Source: Lytechinus pictus
Lineage: Eukaryota
Direction of reading: 5' to 3'
NCBI RefSeq assembly: GCF_037042905.1
Contig: NC_087249.1
Coordinates: forward strand, 9,178,001 to 9,242,000
Length of the DNA stretch: 64,000 nt
Positions 1 through 13,770 of the stretch are shown here, piece by piece; the stretch's first letter is position 1, and every line of letters starts with the position of its first letter. Both the position numbers and the translations under genes were made by a program. The notes under the pieces were generated by a model. It was not told the origin of the DNA. It made no database searches and saw only the letters and a program-made list of their open reading frames with translations.

Positions 1-756
1 CAAACTTATACTTTTGTCATATCCCAAAAAATGGGTTGGAACAGAAGGATATTTGAAGTGTTATTACCGTATACAATGTAGTAGTACAAGTGAAATCAAT
101 GAGAAAATTATCTTTACTGCTATAAATTACTTTGCTGAGACACTAGCATAATAAGCATAAGGTACAGGGGGGGTTTACAGTCGGGTGCGGGGCGAATTTG
201 CCCCCAAAATGCCAAAGAGAGCCCTGAAAATTTCCATAGGGTCCAATGTAAATTTTAATAGTGTAGCAAATTTTGGATGGTGTGCTCAAAATTCAATTTT
301 TTTTTATTAGTAGCATTATCCCCTACCATATTCACAATTGTGTCATCTTTTCAGCAAAGATGTCATCACATTTCACAAAAGCAAACTTACTAGATCTACT
401 AGATGTCATTATATTTCACTAAGTAAACTTAATTACTAGATCTATGATATGGTAATGATTACCCTAAATTTTAAAGACTTTCTCATGAAATTAACAATTG
501 ATGCAAATACTCTGACATATAAGTGCTTGTACTATTGAACAGAAAAATGATTATAAATGTTGGTAGTCCGAAATAGGTTTTCTTTTATTATCAAAGAAGA
601 TTATATTTTAGTTTTCATCTTGAAAACAATGAGGCCTAAATACCAGGATCTAGTTGCATATAAAACAGGCTAAGGCTAATAACAGTTAGATATGTTTGTT
701 TTTTTACCTTGATTTTTTTGTTGGCCGACTAGCCTTATTACCAATATCATAATCGT

Positions 757-1042
757 GGGTGCTTTGTGGTCTAGTGGTTCTGACTCTTGCCTTTCAAACA
801 GAGGGTCGTGGGTTCGAATCCTAGCCATGGAGAGTTTTCCTTCAGCAAGAAATTTATCCACACTGTGCTGCACTTGACCCAGGTGAGGTGAATGGGTACC
901 CGGCAGGATTAATTCCTTGAATGCTTGAGCGCCTAGGCAGCCCAGCTAAAGCGGGGTAATAATATCAGGGCCCGCTGGGAGAACAGTTTTCGGAACTGAA
1001 GTGGCTACCCTGGGTAAATATACCACTATTATTATTATTATT
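757..1042 (+). mobile_element. tRNA-derived SINE, full length
   Basis: Pol III A box TGGTCTAGTGG and B box GGTTCGAATCC. Central core (TTCCTTCAGCAAGAAATTT...ACCCAGGTGAGGTGAATGGGTACC) resembles the Deu/Nin-type SINE domain. (TAT)n tail. Homologous copies at 20839, 34009 and 26537. Confidence 0.85.
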
Positions 1043-1826
1043 CTAATGACAAAATTTTTTATGTAATATTTGTAATTTTTTGTACAATTTAACTGGGTAA
1101 TGAGCCCGGGATTAGAATGATATCTAAAGCATGTCATTCACTATCACAGCTACTCTTTTGTTTAGGCCTTTTAATAGCATAAACTAAAATGCATAGTTGT
1201 GAATACCTTTGATATGAGCTCATGAAGTAATTCCCTCACATTGAGAAAATTATCGTCACATCAATTATCTTGCATGTTGAGACTATTAACAAAACGATTA
1301 TATAATCTCAACTGGTTACATCAGAGAGAGATAACATACAAGACCAAAATAAATAAATAAATTTGACAGTATTGAAATCAGACTGTGGCCACTCCCACAC
1401 TATCATCAAATTTATTCACAGACAGCTCAGAAACAGCTGATTCTAGTCTCATCTCCAGCCTTTAGCAATAAGTGCTATATTAGGCAAAAGCAGAAGAGAT
1501 GGAGAAGGATCAAGCTGTTTATCACATCATGTTGATGAGAATATCAATCAAATCTGTTTCAACAAAATACCAACCAATTCCACTCTTTGTCTCTTAAATT
1601 ACAAGATCTGATTGCCATCACTTTATTTGAGCGTAAGAATGAGACAAAAGGGAGGGGGCATATTGCAAACAAAATCAAGTTTAAAAATTAGTTACAAATG
1701 AAAAAAAAAATGATTTGACAAAGTTGCTGTTAGACACCTCTAAATTACATCATTGGGCTTGTTGGGAATTTTAGAGGATAGAGTTGTTTTTTCAATACCG
1801 GTAGCTCCTCCTTCAGATCTATTTAA

Positions 1827-2290
1827 AGGGGAAGTTTACCCTGAAGAAAAGTTTGTTGTAAAAATAGCAGAAAAGTAATAAAAAAATTGTTATTATTATA
1901 AAAGTTATTAGAAATTTAAGTTTGGATTTGTGATGTCATAAACGAGCAGCTGCCCTGTATGTATAGTGTTATAAAATGCATGAATTTCAATTTTTTAATG
2001 TTTTGTGATGACTTAATTTTTTTTTTTTTTTAAACGGGTGTGAAATGATTTGTGTATTGATATACTGAAGGTGAAGTAAAATTCATTAACAATTTTCTGA
2101 GAAAATGACATTTCATTGAATATTTTACCATACGACATGTAGAAAAGTTTCTCACATATGACGTCACAAATCAAATAATCAAAATTCTAATGACTTTTTA
2201 CTCTTTGATGGATTTTTCTCAAACTTTCGACAATATTTTTCATTACATTTTCTGGTATTTTTACAACATACTTTTTTGTCAGGGTGAACT
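1827..2290. mobile_element. TTAA-flanked Kolobok/piggyBac-like MITE, degraded right end
   Basis: Left end TTAA|AGGGGAAGTTTACCCTGAAGAAAA; inverted counterpart TTTTTGTCAGGGTGAACT near 2272-2290; internal TGACGTCA palindromes as in the other TTAA elements here. Confidence 0.55.
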
Positions 2291-3902
2291 GAGACTGTCT
2301 TTCAACTAATAACATTGCTGAGACCATCAACGTCAATTGAGTCTGAGAAGGAGACAAATCCACCCACTGTCCAGACAGTCAATAACACCTCTGCTTAGTT
2401 AGGGTACTTATAGCCTATATATAAAAGTCTGAAGGTCCTATACTGGACAATCAATACAGCACCCATTCATACTGATTTTCAAAATTAGATAGATGGCAAG
2501 AAGTTTTCATAGAACAATGTGAGTCAATCAACTCATGGAGCGTCATCCGTGCAATTAACACCATGATACGGTCAGTCTGTGTCTCACTAGGGCCGTCTGC
2601 ACCAGCCTGAGTTTTCAAGTTAGCGCGCTATTTCTGATCTGGCAAATTATCCCGATCTGAACAATCTTGAGATTATTTGTAATGGATATTACAATTAATC
2701 TGGTCAAATACTCAGTGAAACCCTATACTAAAAGTGGGATGGAGCAAGCTACATTGGACCCATAGTCCAGTATCAATTTGGAATAAGTTTAATCCAGGTC
2801 TGATACTCTGTGGAACCTAAGTGTACTAAATGGAGCAAACCATCCCACATCTGCAGGCCAATTTTGATCCGGATGACGTTTAATCGGGATTGCACTGGAC
2901 AAGAGCATACCCAAACCATGAATCCATGTTATAACTGACAACCTACATGTATCTACAGTCTAGTCCCGGTATCCAGCATGAACTCGGCAGCTCATGTTAG
3001 ACCAAGGAGCTCCTTGGTTAGACAGAGGCATAGTATGAACGTGGCTCAGATATCTATAGTCATTGCTCAAGCAGTGACTAGTCTGCTGTGCAAACCCTTC
3101 ACTTGAGTTGCGGGTCTGAATGCACAGCCTATAAATGCCTTGTGTACTGAAGGCCCTAAATTGAAACAGAAAGTTTTGTATGTGCTAGTCTTTTCATGGA
3201 GTGGAGACCCACTTGTTGATCTTGTTGTAGCTTTTCATATTTATTCATGTTTTGTTATGTATGTATTTATGTACGTACGCATACTATGTATAACTATGTA
3301 TATTCTCATACTCCGAAAGGGGTCGACAGAATAAAGTTTCAGTTCAGTTCAGTTCTGATGAGTCTCAATCAGGGTCTGTGCCTGCAGACTATTAAAGCAG
3401 TGACCTTGCTTGTGCTGACCAGTCAATAGTCTTTAAATTCAGACATTATCTGTCACTCTGAAGCACCTTATACCCAAAAGTCATAGCCCTCTCCAGAGTT
3501 CCCACTTTTTCCTGAATTTCCCGAATACCACAAAATCTGTATTCATCTTTGGAATAATTTGAGGAAATGAAAAAATCCTAGGAGATTCTGGGGTATCCAA
3601 AATCAAATTTACACAATAATTGAATTTACACAAGTTTCAATATTCATGTTATTTCATATGATTATTTGCCTCATTTATATGTAGCAATAATTCTTTATTA
3701 TTTTTTTATATTTTTTAATGAAATTTTCAGCATTCTGCTTTACTGACAGTGGTTCAAAGATGATCGTTTTCACTTTTTTTTCTCGTTAAAAAAAATTCTA
3801 ATCATTTTATTTATATATATTTTTTTTTGGGGGGGGGGTAAATTTTAACAAGAAAATCTCACAAACATCGGGGATGATTTGGAAATCAATGATGTGTGTT
3901 TC

Positions 3903-3999
3903 CATGAGCGTCAGTGGAGAGGATTATCTCGTTTTTTGGGGGAACACAACAATACATGCCCCCATGAACAATGGATAATCCTCTGCGCTAACGCCCTTG
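3903..3999. mobile_element. 97-bp hAT-like mini-MITE
   Basis: ~26-bp imperfect TIR (CATGAGCGTCAGTGGAGAGGATTATC / GATAATCCTCTGCGCTAACGCCCTTG); flanks TGTGTTTC / GATGTTTC (6/8 match). Confidence 0.5.
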
Positions 4000-6016
4000 G
4001 ATGTTTCATATCTTTCTTCAATAGATTGGACCCCCAGGGATGATATTTGTTAGCTTTAAAAAAAAGTTACCCCAAGGACTATAATTTTCTTACATTTTTC
4101 TCATTCTCAATTGCATCAACCACTGGTCTACATGACTTCTTATCTACACTGGCTTGTAATGGGGGAAAAAATGAGAAGCCTATGAAATTATATCAATTCA
4201 TCAAGATTATGCATAATGTAAGGAGCCAATAAAGACCCCCAAAAAATGAAAAAAAAGTTCCAGGCTGGTCAAATGACCTCATAAAAAAAACACCTAATGA
4301 TTATCCAATTTTATCACAAGGTCATGAGTTGATGTAAATGCCCCCAAAGCAGTGATGCGAATGCATATAACACTGTCTAATCATCTGACCTGTATGATAA
4401 AAGTTGCATTTACACCAGACAAAATAAACAAGTTTCTCATCATAGCAAAGCAATCATCTTTCTTTTTTTAGTGAGAATTCGATTTGAATCAATATCTGGC
4501 ACCAATTTTTTTTTTCTTTCTTTCATCTGTTAATTTAGCAGCAATAAATCATGCCAGTGCTGAGGCCTAAGTCCTGGGTCATAAAGCTTTGTTACCATTA
4601 CAAATGCACAATTTCTATAACGAGTTTGCTATTATCCGATCAAAATTTAAAGCTACTGAATTCAGTAGCTTTAAATGTTATTGTAGATATGTTATCAAAG
4701 CAAGTTATATGAGACTGAACCAGAGTCCTACACTCTCATTGGGACAACATAACAAAAGAAAGTAATCAATGATTAATGAACCAAAATCAATGTATAATGG
4801 ATGATAATTAAGACAAATGTCAATAATTGATGAAATCTGTCAAGGAATATACGCATCTACTTGAAAGGCCATCTACTTGAAATGTATCATGGGGGTAGGG
4901 GGCGAGAAGGGGGGCTAGCTTAAAGAAACCCCTCGATCTGTACAGTCTCATTATAATGGTCTGAAATAATGAACCAGAACAGGATTGGAATTGTTCTAAA
5001 AGCTTTCAATACCAGAGTTGAGAACTTGCGCTAGTCTCTTCCCAAGACCTATTTGTTGAGTAAAGGGGGAGTGAACTGTGTGTGGTCTCTCATTGACTCT
5101 GTGTTTTAAATACAAAGTCTTGAAATATAAGTTTTCAGATATCTACTAATACTACAGAGAATAAATTGACCAATAATTGTATTTGCCTAGAAACTAAAAT
5201 GTTTTGAGAGGAAAAGTAATTGTTTTGCTACTTGGTAACATAATTATTGCGGTATAAATGTATTGATTAGTTAATTAGCATGTTATCATTCAAGTGGGTC
5301 TATATTACGAGACTAAACTAGCATCTGGCCAGGAAACTGGCCAGATATGAGTAGTTGAGGACTTGAGATGGCGCTATTGATTCATATCTGCTTTAAAGAT
5401 GACATAGAGTCCATGTATATGGGGACGTGGACGTGGACCAGGGGCAGGGGGTAATAAATCAGGGTACTAATGGATAATTCGTTTTTCATTCCTGATTTTC
5501 GTAGAGCAAAAACGGAAGTCAACCTCATGGATTGGTCTTTGAAAACACAAAAACGAAATCACAACGAGAAAAACCCCGTTGTGATTTCATTTTTGGAGAT
5601 CAAAAACAGAAGAATGAAATCAGAAATACTTTTGGTCCTCTCTGATACCTCATTCTATACCTGTGTTTGTTATATATTAAAAACAAAATCAGAACACGCT
5701 TTCTACCCCCTGATTCTGTTTGGAAAAACGCAGACAGCGAAAACGAAATCGGGTAGTTCGCTTTCCACTTCCTGCTCTCTGATTTCGTCTTTCGCACAGC
5801 CAACAGCCAACACACGTGCACGCAGTGCAGTGCATGCATGATAAAGACCACGTGCAACAAAAATTCACTTTAACATGGCTTTTTCCAGCGTTTTCGGACC
5901 TTCGCAGACAGTGGCGTAGCTAGGATTTTTTTCCCGGGGGGGGGGGGGGACTGGGGGTCCTTGCTTTTTCAGGGGGGGGGGCACCGGCTATTTTTTGCGG
6001 TGTGTGTGTAATAAAG

Positions 6017-7112
6017 TAATTTTTCAAGGGGCCCCCATGCAGGGATATCCCGACGGCCTAGCCAGGGTAACCACGTACCCTAACTTGTAGAACTCGACTC
6101 GGGCAACCAGATAAACACTGACTTGACCCGGCGCATGCACATTTAGGGGGCTCAAATTAACAAAATTAAAGGGAATAAAGGGCTATTTATCGCATTTTTA
6201 AAATTAAAATAAAGTATTTTTCAAGGGGCACCCAGGGATATCCCGACGGCCTAGCCTGGGTAACTACGTACCCTAACTTGTAGAACTCGACTCGGGCAAC
6301 CAGATAAACACTGACTTGACCCGGCGCATGTACATTTAGGGGGCTCAAATTAACAAAATTAAAGGGAATAAAGGGCTATTTATCGCATTTTAAAAATTAA
6401 AATAAAGTATTTTTCAAGGGGCCCCCAGTGATATCCCGACGGCCTAGCCAGGGTAACCACGTACCCTAACTTGTAGAACTCGACTCGGGCAACCAGATAA
6501 ACACTGACTTGACCCGGCGCATGTACATTTAGGGGGCTCAAATTAACAAAATTAAAGGGAATAAAGGGCTATTTATCGTATTTTTTAAATTAAAATAAAG
6601 TATTTTTCAAGGGGCCCCCAGGGATATCCCGACGGCCTAGCCAGGGTAACCACGTACCCTAACTTGTAGAACTCGACTCGGGCAACCAGATAAACACTGA
6701 CTTGACCCGGCGCATGTACATTTAGGGGGCTCAAATTAACAAAATTAAAGGGAATAAAGGGCTATTTATCGTATTTTTAAAATTAAAATAAAGTATTTTT
6801 CAAGGGGCCCCCAGGGATATCCCGACGGCCTAGCCAGGGTAACCACGTATCCTAACTTGTAGAACTCGACTCGGGCAACCAGGTAAACACTAGCTTGACC
6901 CGGTGCATGCACATTTAGGGGGCTCAAATTAACAAAAGTAAAGGGAATAAAGGGATATTTATCGCGTTTTTAAAATTAAAAGTATTTTTTCAAGGGGCCC
7001 CCAGGGATATCCCGACGGCCTAGCCAGGGTAACCACGTACCCTAACTTGGAGAACTCGACTCGGGCAACCAGATAAACACTAGCTTGACCCGGCGCATGC
7101 ACATTTAGGGGG
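6017..7112 (+). repeat. Tandem array of a ~193-bp unit (~5.7 copies), first left arm
   Basis: AG(G/T)GATATCCCGACGGCCTAGCC recurs at 6041, 6234, 6427, 6620, 6813 and 7003. Confidence 0.95.
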
Positions 7113-8505
7113 CAACTGGTTAAAGCATCTCATGAGCAGATCTTATTCATATATTATACTCAGTCCTAAATCCTCCGCCAATAAAATAGTTCCGAAAGCT
7201 GAGTGACACCTGTATTTTTCTTTTATTTGCACAAAATATGTTCAATGGTTGCCCATTCTCTGTTTCTAGAATCAGTCTAATCATTATACATATTCTTTTT
7301 TGTAATCAACTTACAAATTAAAAAAATGAGAATGGGTTGGGTCGAATGAATATCTTCAGCCTTCTGTTGTAGATCGTCATCTCTTGGAGAAAAGATGGGG
7401 GCGTATATCGATAGAAAACGTATTGTCAAAATATAAAATATGAGTATAAAGCTCCTCTAATCTTCGAATAATTGATTGGAATTGTTCTAAAAGCTTTCAA
7501 TACCAGAGTTGAGAACTTGCGCTAGTCTCTTCCCAAGACCTATTTGTTGAGTAAAGGGGGAGTGAACTGTGTGTGGTCTCTCATTGACTCTGTGTTTTAA
7601 ATACAAAGTCTTGAAATATAAGTTTTCAGATATCTACTAATACTACAGAGAATAAATTGACCAATAATTGTATTTGCCTAGAAACTAAAATGTTTTGAGA
7701 GGAAAAGTAATTGTTTTGCTACTTGGTAACATAATTATTGCGGTATAAATGTATTGATTAGTTAATTAGCATGTTATCATTCAAGTGGGTCTATATTACG
7801 AGACTAAACTAGCATCTGGCCAGGAAACTGGCCAGATATGAGTAGTTGAGGACTTGAGATGGCGCTATTGATTCATATCTGCTTTAAAGATGACATAGAG
7901 TCCATGTATATGGGGACGTGGACGTGGACCAGGGGCAGGGGGTAATAAATCAGGGTACTAATGGATAATTCGTTTTTCATTCCTGATTTTCGTAGAGCAA
8001 AAACGGAAGTCAACCTCATGGATTGGTCTTTGAAAACACAAAAACGAAATCACAACGAGAAAAACCCCGTTGTGATTTCATTTTTGGAGATCAAAAACAG
8101 AAGAATGAAATCAGAAATACTTTTGGTCCTCTCTGATACCTCATTCTATACCTGTGTTTGTTATATATTAAAAACAAAATCAGAACACGCTTTCTACCCC
8201 CTGATTCTGTTTGGAAAAACGCAGACAGCGAAAACGAAATCGGGTAGTTCGCTTTCCACTTCCTGCTCTCTGATTTCGTCTTTCGCACAGCCAACAGCCA
8301 ACACACGTGCACGCAGTGCAGTGCATGCATGATAAAGACCACGTGCAACAAAAATTCACTTTAACATGGCTTTTTCCAGCGTTTTCGGACCTTCGCAGAC
8401 AGTGGCGTAGCTAGGATTTTTTTCCCGGGGGGGGGGGGACTGGGGGTCCTTGCTTTTTCAGGGGGGGGGGCACCGGCTATTTTTTGCGGTGTGTGTGTAA
8501 TAAAG

Positions 8506-9601
8506 TAATTTTTCAAGGGGCCCCCATGCAGGGATATCCCGACGGCCTAGCCAGGGTAACCACGTACCCTAACTTGTAGAACTCGACTCGGGCAACCAGA
8601 TAAACACTGACTTGACCCGGCGCATGCACATTTAGGGGGCTCAAATTAACAAAATTAAAGGGAATAAAGGGCTATTTATCGCATTTTTAAAATTAAAATA
8701 AAGTATTTTTCAAGGGGCACCCAGGGATATCCCGACGGCCTAGCCTGGGTAACCACGTACCCTAACTTGTAGAACTCGACTCGGGCAACCAGATAAACAC
8801 TGACTTGACCCGGCGCATGTACATTTAGGGGGCTCAAATTAACAAAATTAAAGGGAATAAAGGGCTATTTATCGCATTTTAAAAATTAAAATAAAGTATT
8901 TTTCAAGGGGCCCCCAGTGATATCCCGACGGCCTAGCCAGGGTAACCACGTACCCTAACTTGTAGAACTCGACTCGGGCAACCAGATAAACACTGACTTG
9001 ACCCGGCGCATGTACATTTAGGGGGCTCAAATTAACAAAATTAAAGGGAATAAAGGGCTATTTATCGTATTTTTAAAATTAAAATAAAGTATTTTTCAAG
9101 GGGCCCCCAGGGATATCCCGACGGCCTAGCCAGGGTAACCACGTACCCTAACTTGTAGAACTCGACTCGGGCAACCAGATAAACACTGACTTGACCCGGC
9201 GCATGTACATTTAGGGGGCTCAAATTAACAAAATTAAAGGGAATAAAGGGCTATTTATCGTATTTTTAAAATTAAAATAAAGTATTTTTCAAGGGGCCCC
9301 CAGGGATATCCCGACGGCCTAGCCAGGGTAACCACGTATCCTAACTTGTAGAACTCGACTCGGGCAACCAGGTAAACACTAGCTTGACCCGGTGCATGCA
9401 CATTTAGGGGGCTCAAATTAACAAAAGTAAAGGGAATAAAGGGATATTTATCGCGTTTTTAAAATTAAAAGTATTTTTTCAAGGGGCCCCCAGGGATATC
9501 CCGACGGCCTAGCCAGGGTAACCACGTACCCTAACTTGGAGAACTCGACTCGGGCAACCAGATAAACACTAGCTTGACCCGGCGCATGCACATTTAGGGG
9601 G
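8506..9601 (+). repeat. Tandem array of the ~193-bp unit, duplicated left arm
   Basis: Copy of 6017-7112 within the tandem duplication. Confidence 0.95.
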
Positions 9602-10834
9602 CAACTGGTTAAAGCATCTCATGAGCAGATCTTATTCATATATTATACTCAGTCCTAAATCCTCCGCCAATAAAATAGTTCCGAAAGCTGAGTGACACCT
9701 GTATTTTTCTTTTATTTGCACAAAATATGTTCAATGGTTGCCCATTCTCTGTTTCTAGAATCAGTCTAATCATTATACATATTCTTTTTTGTAATCAACT
9801 TACAAATTAAAAAAATGAGAATGGGTTGGGTCGAATGAATATCTTCAGCCTTCTGTTGTAGATCGTCATCTCTTGGAGAAAAGATGGGGGCGTATATCGA
9901 TAGAAAACGTATTGTCAAAATATAAAATATGAGTATAAAGCTCCTCTAATCTTCGAATAATTCTCATGATACATTTTCTTTTGCACGTGTAGCCTTCAAT
10001 TCAATTAATTAGCAACTTAATATAATATGTGATGTATGTACCCGCGATTTGATTTAAAAAAAATGGCCATCTGCAATGTTTAAAAATATCACGAGGTTCT
10101 GGGGGTTCCGCCCCAGACCAGTGGCGCCACCGAATGGGGAGGCCCCAGTGAGTTGCCCCCCCCCCCCCCCCCGAAATTTGAAGAAACAAAATGTATAGTA
10201 AACGTTGTCATAATACTCCAAAAATGTTTTTTGTTCTTTAAATTTTAAAAATATTCTCATCCATTCACCGTTAGCATTTAGATCCCAACAATTTTGGTCA
10301 CTAACATAAATCTTTCAGGCCATTATATAAAATTCAAAATGTAGCTCGCGATACGCGCTCGCAGTTATTAATGATTATCTGTTCACATGGGGCTTAAAAA
10401 TCAAATGTTATTAGAGTTTTCATTATTTGTTTTAGCGAGATACATATCCTGCGTATTCATAATTTCCATAGAGGATTTATTTTCAGCGAATTAGATAGCC
10501 ATTCATTTTATAATTAAAAAAAAAAGCTTAGAACGGCCAGGTATCATCCCGGATATCAAAAATTTTCAGCTCACGCTTCGCGCTCGCATTATTCATTTGG
10601 TGAGATATCATCTTCATGACCCAATTAATGCAAACAGCTGATTCTTAACAGTTCCCTTTTTAAATCAGTAGGGACTGCATTTGCAATAAAATTAGCTCGC
10701 GCTTCTCGCTCGATTTTTTTTAAAATGTGTGCCATCCCCCCGGCCCCAAAATGTTTGTTTGCCTCCTCCTAGGTTAAAAACCCTAGTACCGTCATTGCCC
10801 CGGACCCGAACCGCATAGCACTGCCCCCCCCCCC

Positions 10835-10868
<34 letters not shown>

Positions 10869-11354
10869 CTACAACCGAGAAAAAAAAATGATAAAAGGAA
10901 AGAAAGAAAAGGAAGAGGAAAGATATGTCATTTTCTGCATACCATGTCAAAATCAATCTCAAAATTGAAGGTGATTTTTATTCTTGCTCGCTTCGCTCGC
11001 TGGAGACTTATTATTAAGCAAATTTTTGCTGCGTGCGCCATGGTGTGCCCCCTCTGTTTTGTTCTTATCTCGCATTGAGCTTCGCACTAATGCTCGGGGC
11101 ATAATCATAAAATATCCTGTTCATACAATGATATGACCCCTCCGTTCTCCCTTTCCCCCTCCTTTTCTTTCCTATCTCTCCCTTTCGCTTCTCTCTCTTC
11201 TATTTTGTCTTCTCTCTTTCCTTGTTGTTTTTTACTCTACCCATCGGCAGCACTAAGGGATGGGGGGAAAAGTCAGGACCGTGGTTCCCCATGCTTGAAA
11301 AAGCCCGTATTCCTTTACTTTTGTTAATTTTAGCCCCCAAAAGGTGCATGCAAC

Positions 11355-13275
11355 CAGTGGCGTAACAGGCGGGGGGGCAAGCTGCCCCCCTTCCCCCTGG
11401 CGGAGTTCACCGTGAAAATGTTAAGAGAAAAAACGGGAAAAGGAAAAAAATAAGGGGAGAAAGAAAGAAAGGGAAAGGAAAAGGAAAGGAAAAAAGATGA
11501 AAGGGGGAAAAGGGAGGGGAATAGAAAAGGGTAAGGGAAAATAAAACTAAGAAAAAAAAGGGAAAACGGAAAGAATTTGGAAAAAGGAAGGAAAGAAGAA
11601 CATGTGAGGAAGAACAATTTTCCCAGATATACACATACATTAGCATGATTAGTAAGACAGGGAAATGAATTAAAGATGACAAAAAGGCAAACAAAAGCGG
11701 GAAATTAAGGTAGAATGGAATGAGGCAAAATCTAAATTGAAAAATTTAAAAAAAGGGACAAGATGGGCTGCTGAGGATTGAAGATAACGAGAGGGAAAAA
11801 AAGATGGATGGTATAAAGCATAATTTCGTATGAAAGTCTATTATGAACTTGCTAAATCTCCAAAGCTACCGGGAGCTCTGTCCAAGAGTCAAGACCCCGT
11901 GCAGTGGAGGCTCTTAACCTGTAACCTTTAAAGGGCCCTATAACGGCCCCCTATATGGATCCTTCCGTTGAAGCACTGGCGTACGCGGGGGGGGGGGGGG
12001 GGGGGTTCCACAGCCAAGGGGAAATAAAAGAAAATGAAGGAGGCAGCGTAATGAGATGAATAAAATATTTTAAAAAATATATAAGACATGACATTTGCTA
12101 TGATGTAAAAATCTATCACATAATTATAATTTTATTTCAAAATGCCATTTTTCTTCTGGCTCGCTTCGCTCGCTGGCGACTTTTTTTAAAAACAAATTTT
12201 CCCACATTTGCTATGGTGCGCCCCCTCAAAATATTTGGATGATTACGGTACACAACTGCATTGATTGATTGATTGATTGATCGACTAAATTTCCAAAGCG
12301 ACTATCACATAATTAGAATTTAATTTCAAAATCATTTTAAAAGACAGGGAAATAAATTAAAGATGACAAAAAGGCAAACAAAAGCGAGTGAAGGTAGAAT
12401 GGAATGAGGCAAAATCTAAATTGGAAAATAAAAAAAGGGACAAGATATTACTACCGGGCTGCTGAGGATTGAAGATAACGAGCGGGAAAAAAAGATGGAT
12501 GGTATATAGCATAATTTCGTATGAAAGTCTATTATAAACTTGCTAAATATCCAAAGCTACCGGGGGCTCTGTCCAAGAGTCAAGACCCCGTGCAGTGGAG
12601 GCTCTTAACTTGTAACTTTTAAAGGGCTCTATAACGGGCCCCTATATGGACCCTTCCTGCATTAACCTTTGTGTTGAAGCACTGGCGTACGGGGGGGATT
12701 GGTTCCACAGCCAAGGGGAAATAAAAGAATATGAAGGAGGCAGCGAAATGAGATGAATGAAATAAAAAATATAAGACATGATATTTGCTGTGATGTAAAA
12801 GTCTATCACACAATTCAATTTTATTTCAAAAGGCCATTTTTCTTCTGGCTCGTTTCGCTCGTTGCCGACTTTTTACAAATTTTCCCACATTTGCTATGGT
12901 AGACCCCCTCAAAATATTTAGATGATTACGGTACACAACTGCAGCACTGAATTCATGTGTAGTGTGAAAGCTATATAAATATACACGCAATTTGATTAAA
13001 ATTAGTGGCCATCTGTAAGGTTTAAAATGGCTTTAATATCAAGAGGTTCCGGGGCTCTACCCCGGACCCCACTCATTTTTGCCATTAAAATGTCAAATTT
13101 TTTGCTCGAACGCTCCGCTCGCTCGCATATATATATATTTTTGTCCGATACTCCATAATATCGCCCCCTCAAAATTGTTTGCCTTATGACTCCATTGCCT
13201 GCTTTATGATGTGACCGGGAAATTCTTGGTTCTTGCCCCCCCCCCCCCCAGCCACCGACCCCTGTTACGCCACTG
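11355..13275. mobile_element. Non-autonomous hAT-like element (1921 bp) nested in a 193-bp unit
   Basis: 15-bp perfect TIR CAGTGGCGTAACAGG / CCTGTTACGCCACTG; perfect 8-bp TSD CATGCAAC (11347-11354, 13276-13283); internal ~690-bp-period direct repeat (11654-12260 vs 12341-12943). Confidence 0.85.
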
Positions 13276-13770
13276 CATGCAACGGGTCAAGCTAATGTGT
13301 ATCTGGTTGCCCGAGTCGAGTTCTACAAGTTAGGATACATGGTTACCCTGGCTAGACCGTTGGAATATCCCTGGGGGCCCCTTGAAAAAATACTTTATTT
13401 TAATTTTAAAAATGCGATAAATAGCCCTAATTATTCCCTTTAATTTTGTTAATTTTAGCCCCCTAAATGTGCATGCGCCGGGTCAAGTCAGTTTTTATCT
13501 GATCGCCCGAGTCAAGTTCTACAAGTCAGGATACGTGGTTACCCTGGCTAGGCCGTCGGGATATCCCTGGGGGCCCCTTGAAAAAATACTTTATTTTAAT
13601 TTTAAAAATGCGATAAATATCCCTTTATTCCCTTTAATTTTGTTAATTTGAGACCCCTTAATGTGCATGCGCCGGGTCAAGTCAGTGTTTATCTGGTTGC
13701 CCGTGTCGAGCTCTACAAGTTAGGGTACGTGGTTACCCTGGCTAGGCCTGGGGCGCCCCTTGAAAAATTA
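13276..13770 (-). repeat. Inverted array of the 193-bp unit (~2.5 copies), right arm; continues at 11310-11354 beyond an insertion
   Basis: Reverse complement of the unit (GGTTACCCTGGCTAGGCCGTCGGGATATCCCTGGGGGCCCCTTGAAAAA). Confidence 0.9.

Larger units (their letters stand above)
4983..9962 (+). repeat. Head-to-tail tandem duplication of a ~2.49-kb segment (4983-7473 and 7474-9962)
   Basis: Both copies start GATTGGAATTGTTCTAAAAG and end CTTCGAATAATT; ORF-track translations at 5470 and 7961 are identical; only a few substitutions and homopolymer differences seen. Confidence 0.95.

Noticed and set aside
757..830. tRNA-like sequence with A and B boxes
   Set aside because: It is a SINE head: followed by the SINE core and tail, multiple diverged copies, and no convincing cloverleaf.
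5470..5841. 123-135-aa ORFs repeated at 5470, 7961 and 13968
   Set aside because: They lie inside the TIRs, have no recognisable domain, and their C-termini diverge at an indel. The repetition reflects the TIR, not a gene family.
6076..6088. ACCCTAACTTGT resembles part of miR-125
   Set aside because: Only 12 nt, lacks the seed and hairpin, and is part of the tandem unit.
11133..11694. F/S/L/P-rich ORFs (also 20652, 25528 and 39339)
   Set aside because: Translations of purine/pyrimidine tracts or (AAT)n simple repeats.
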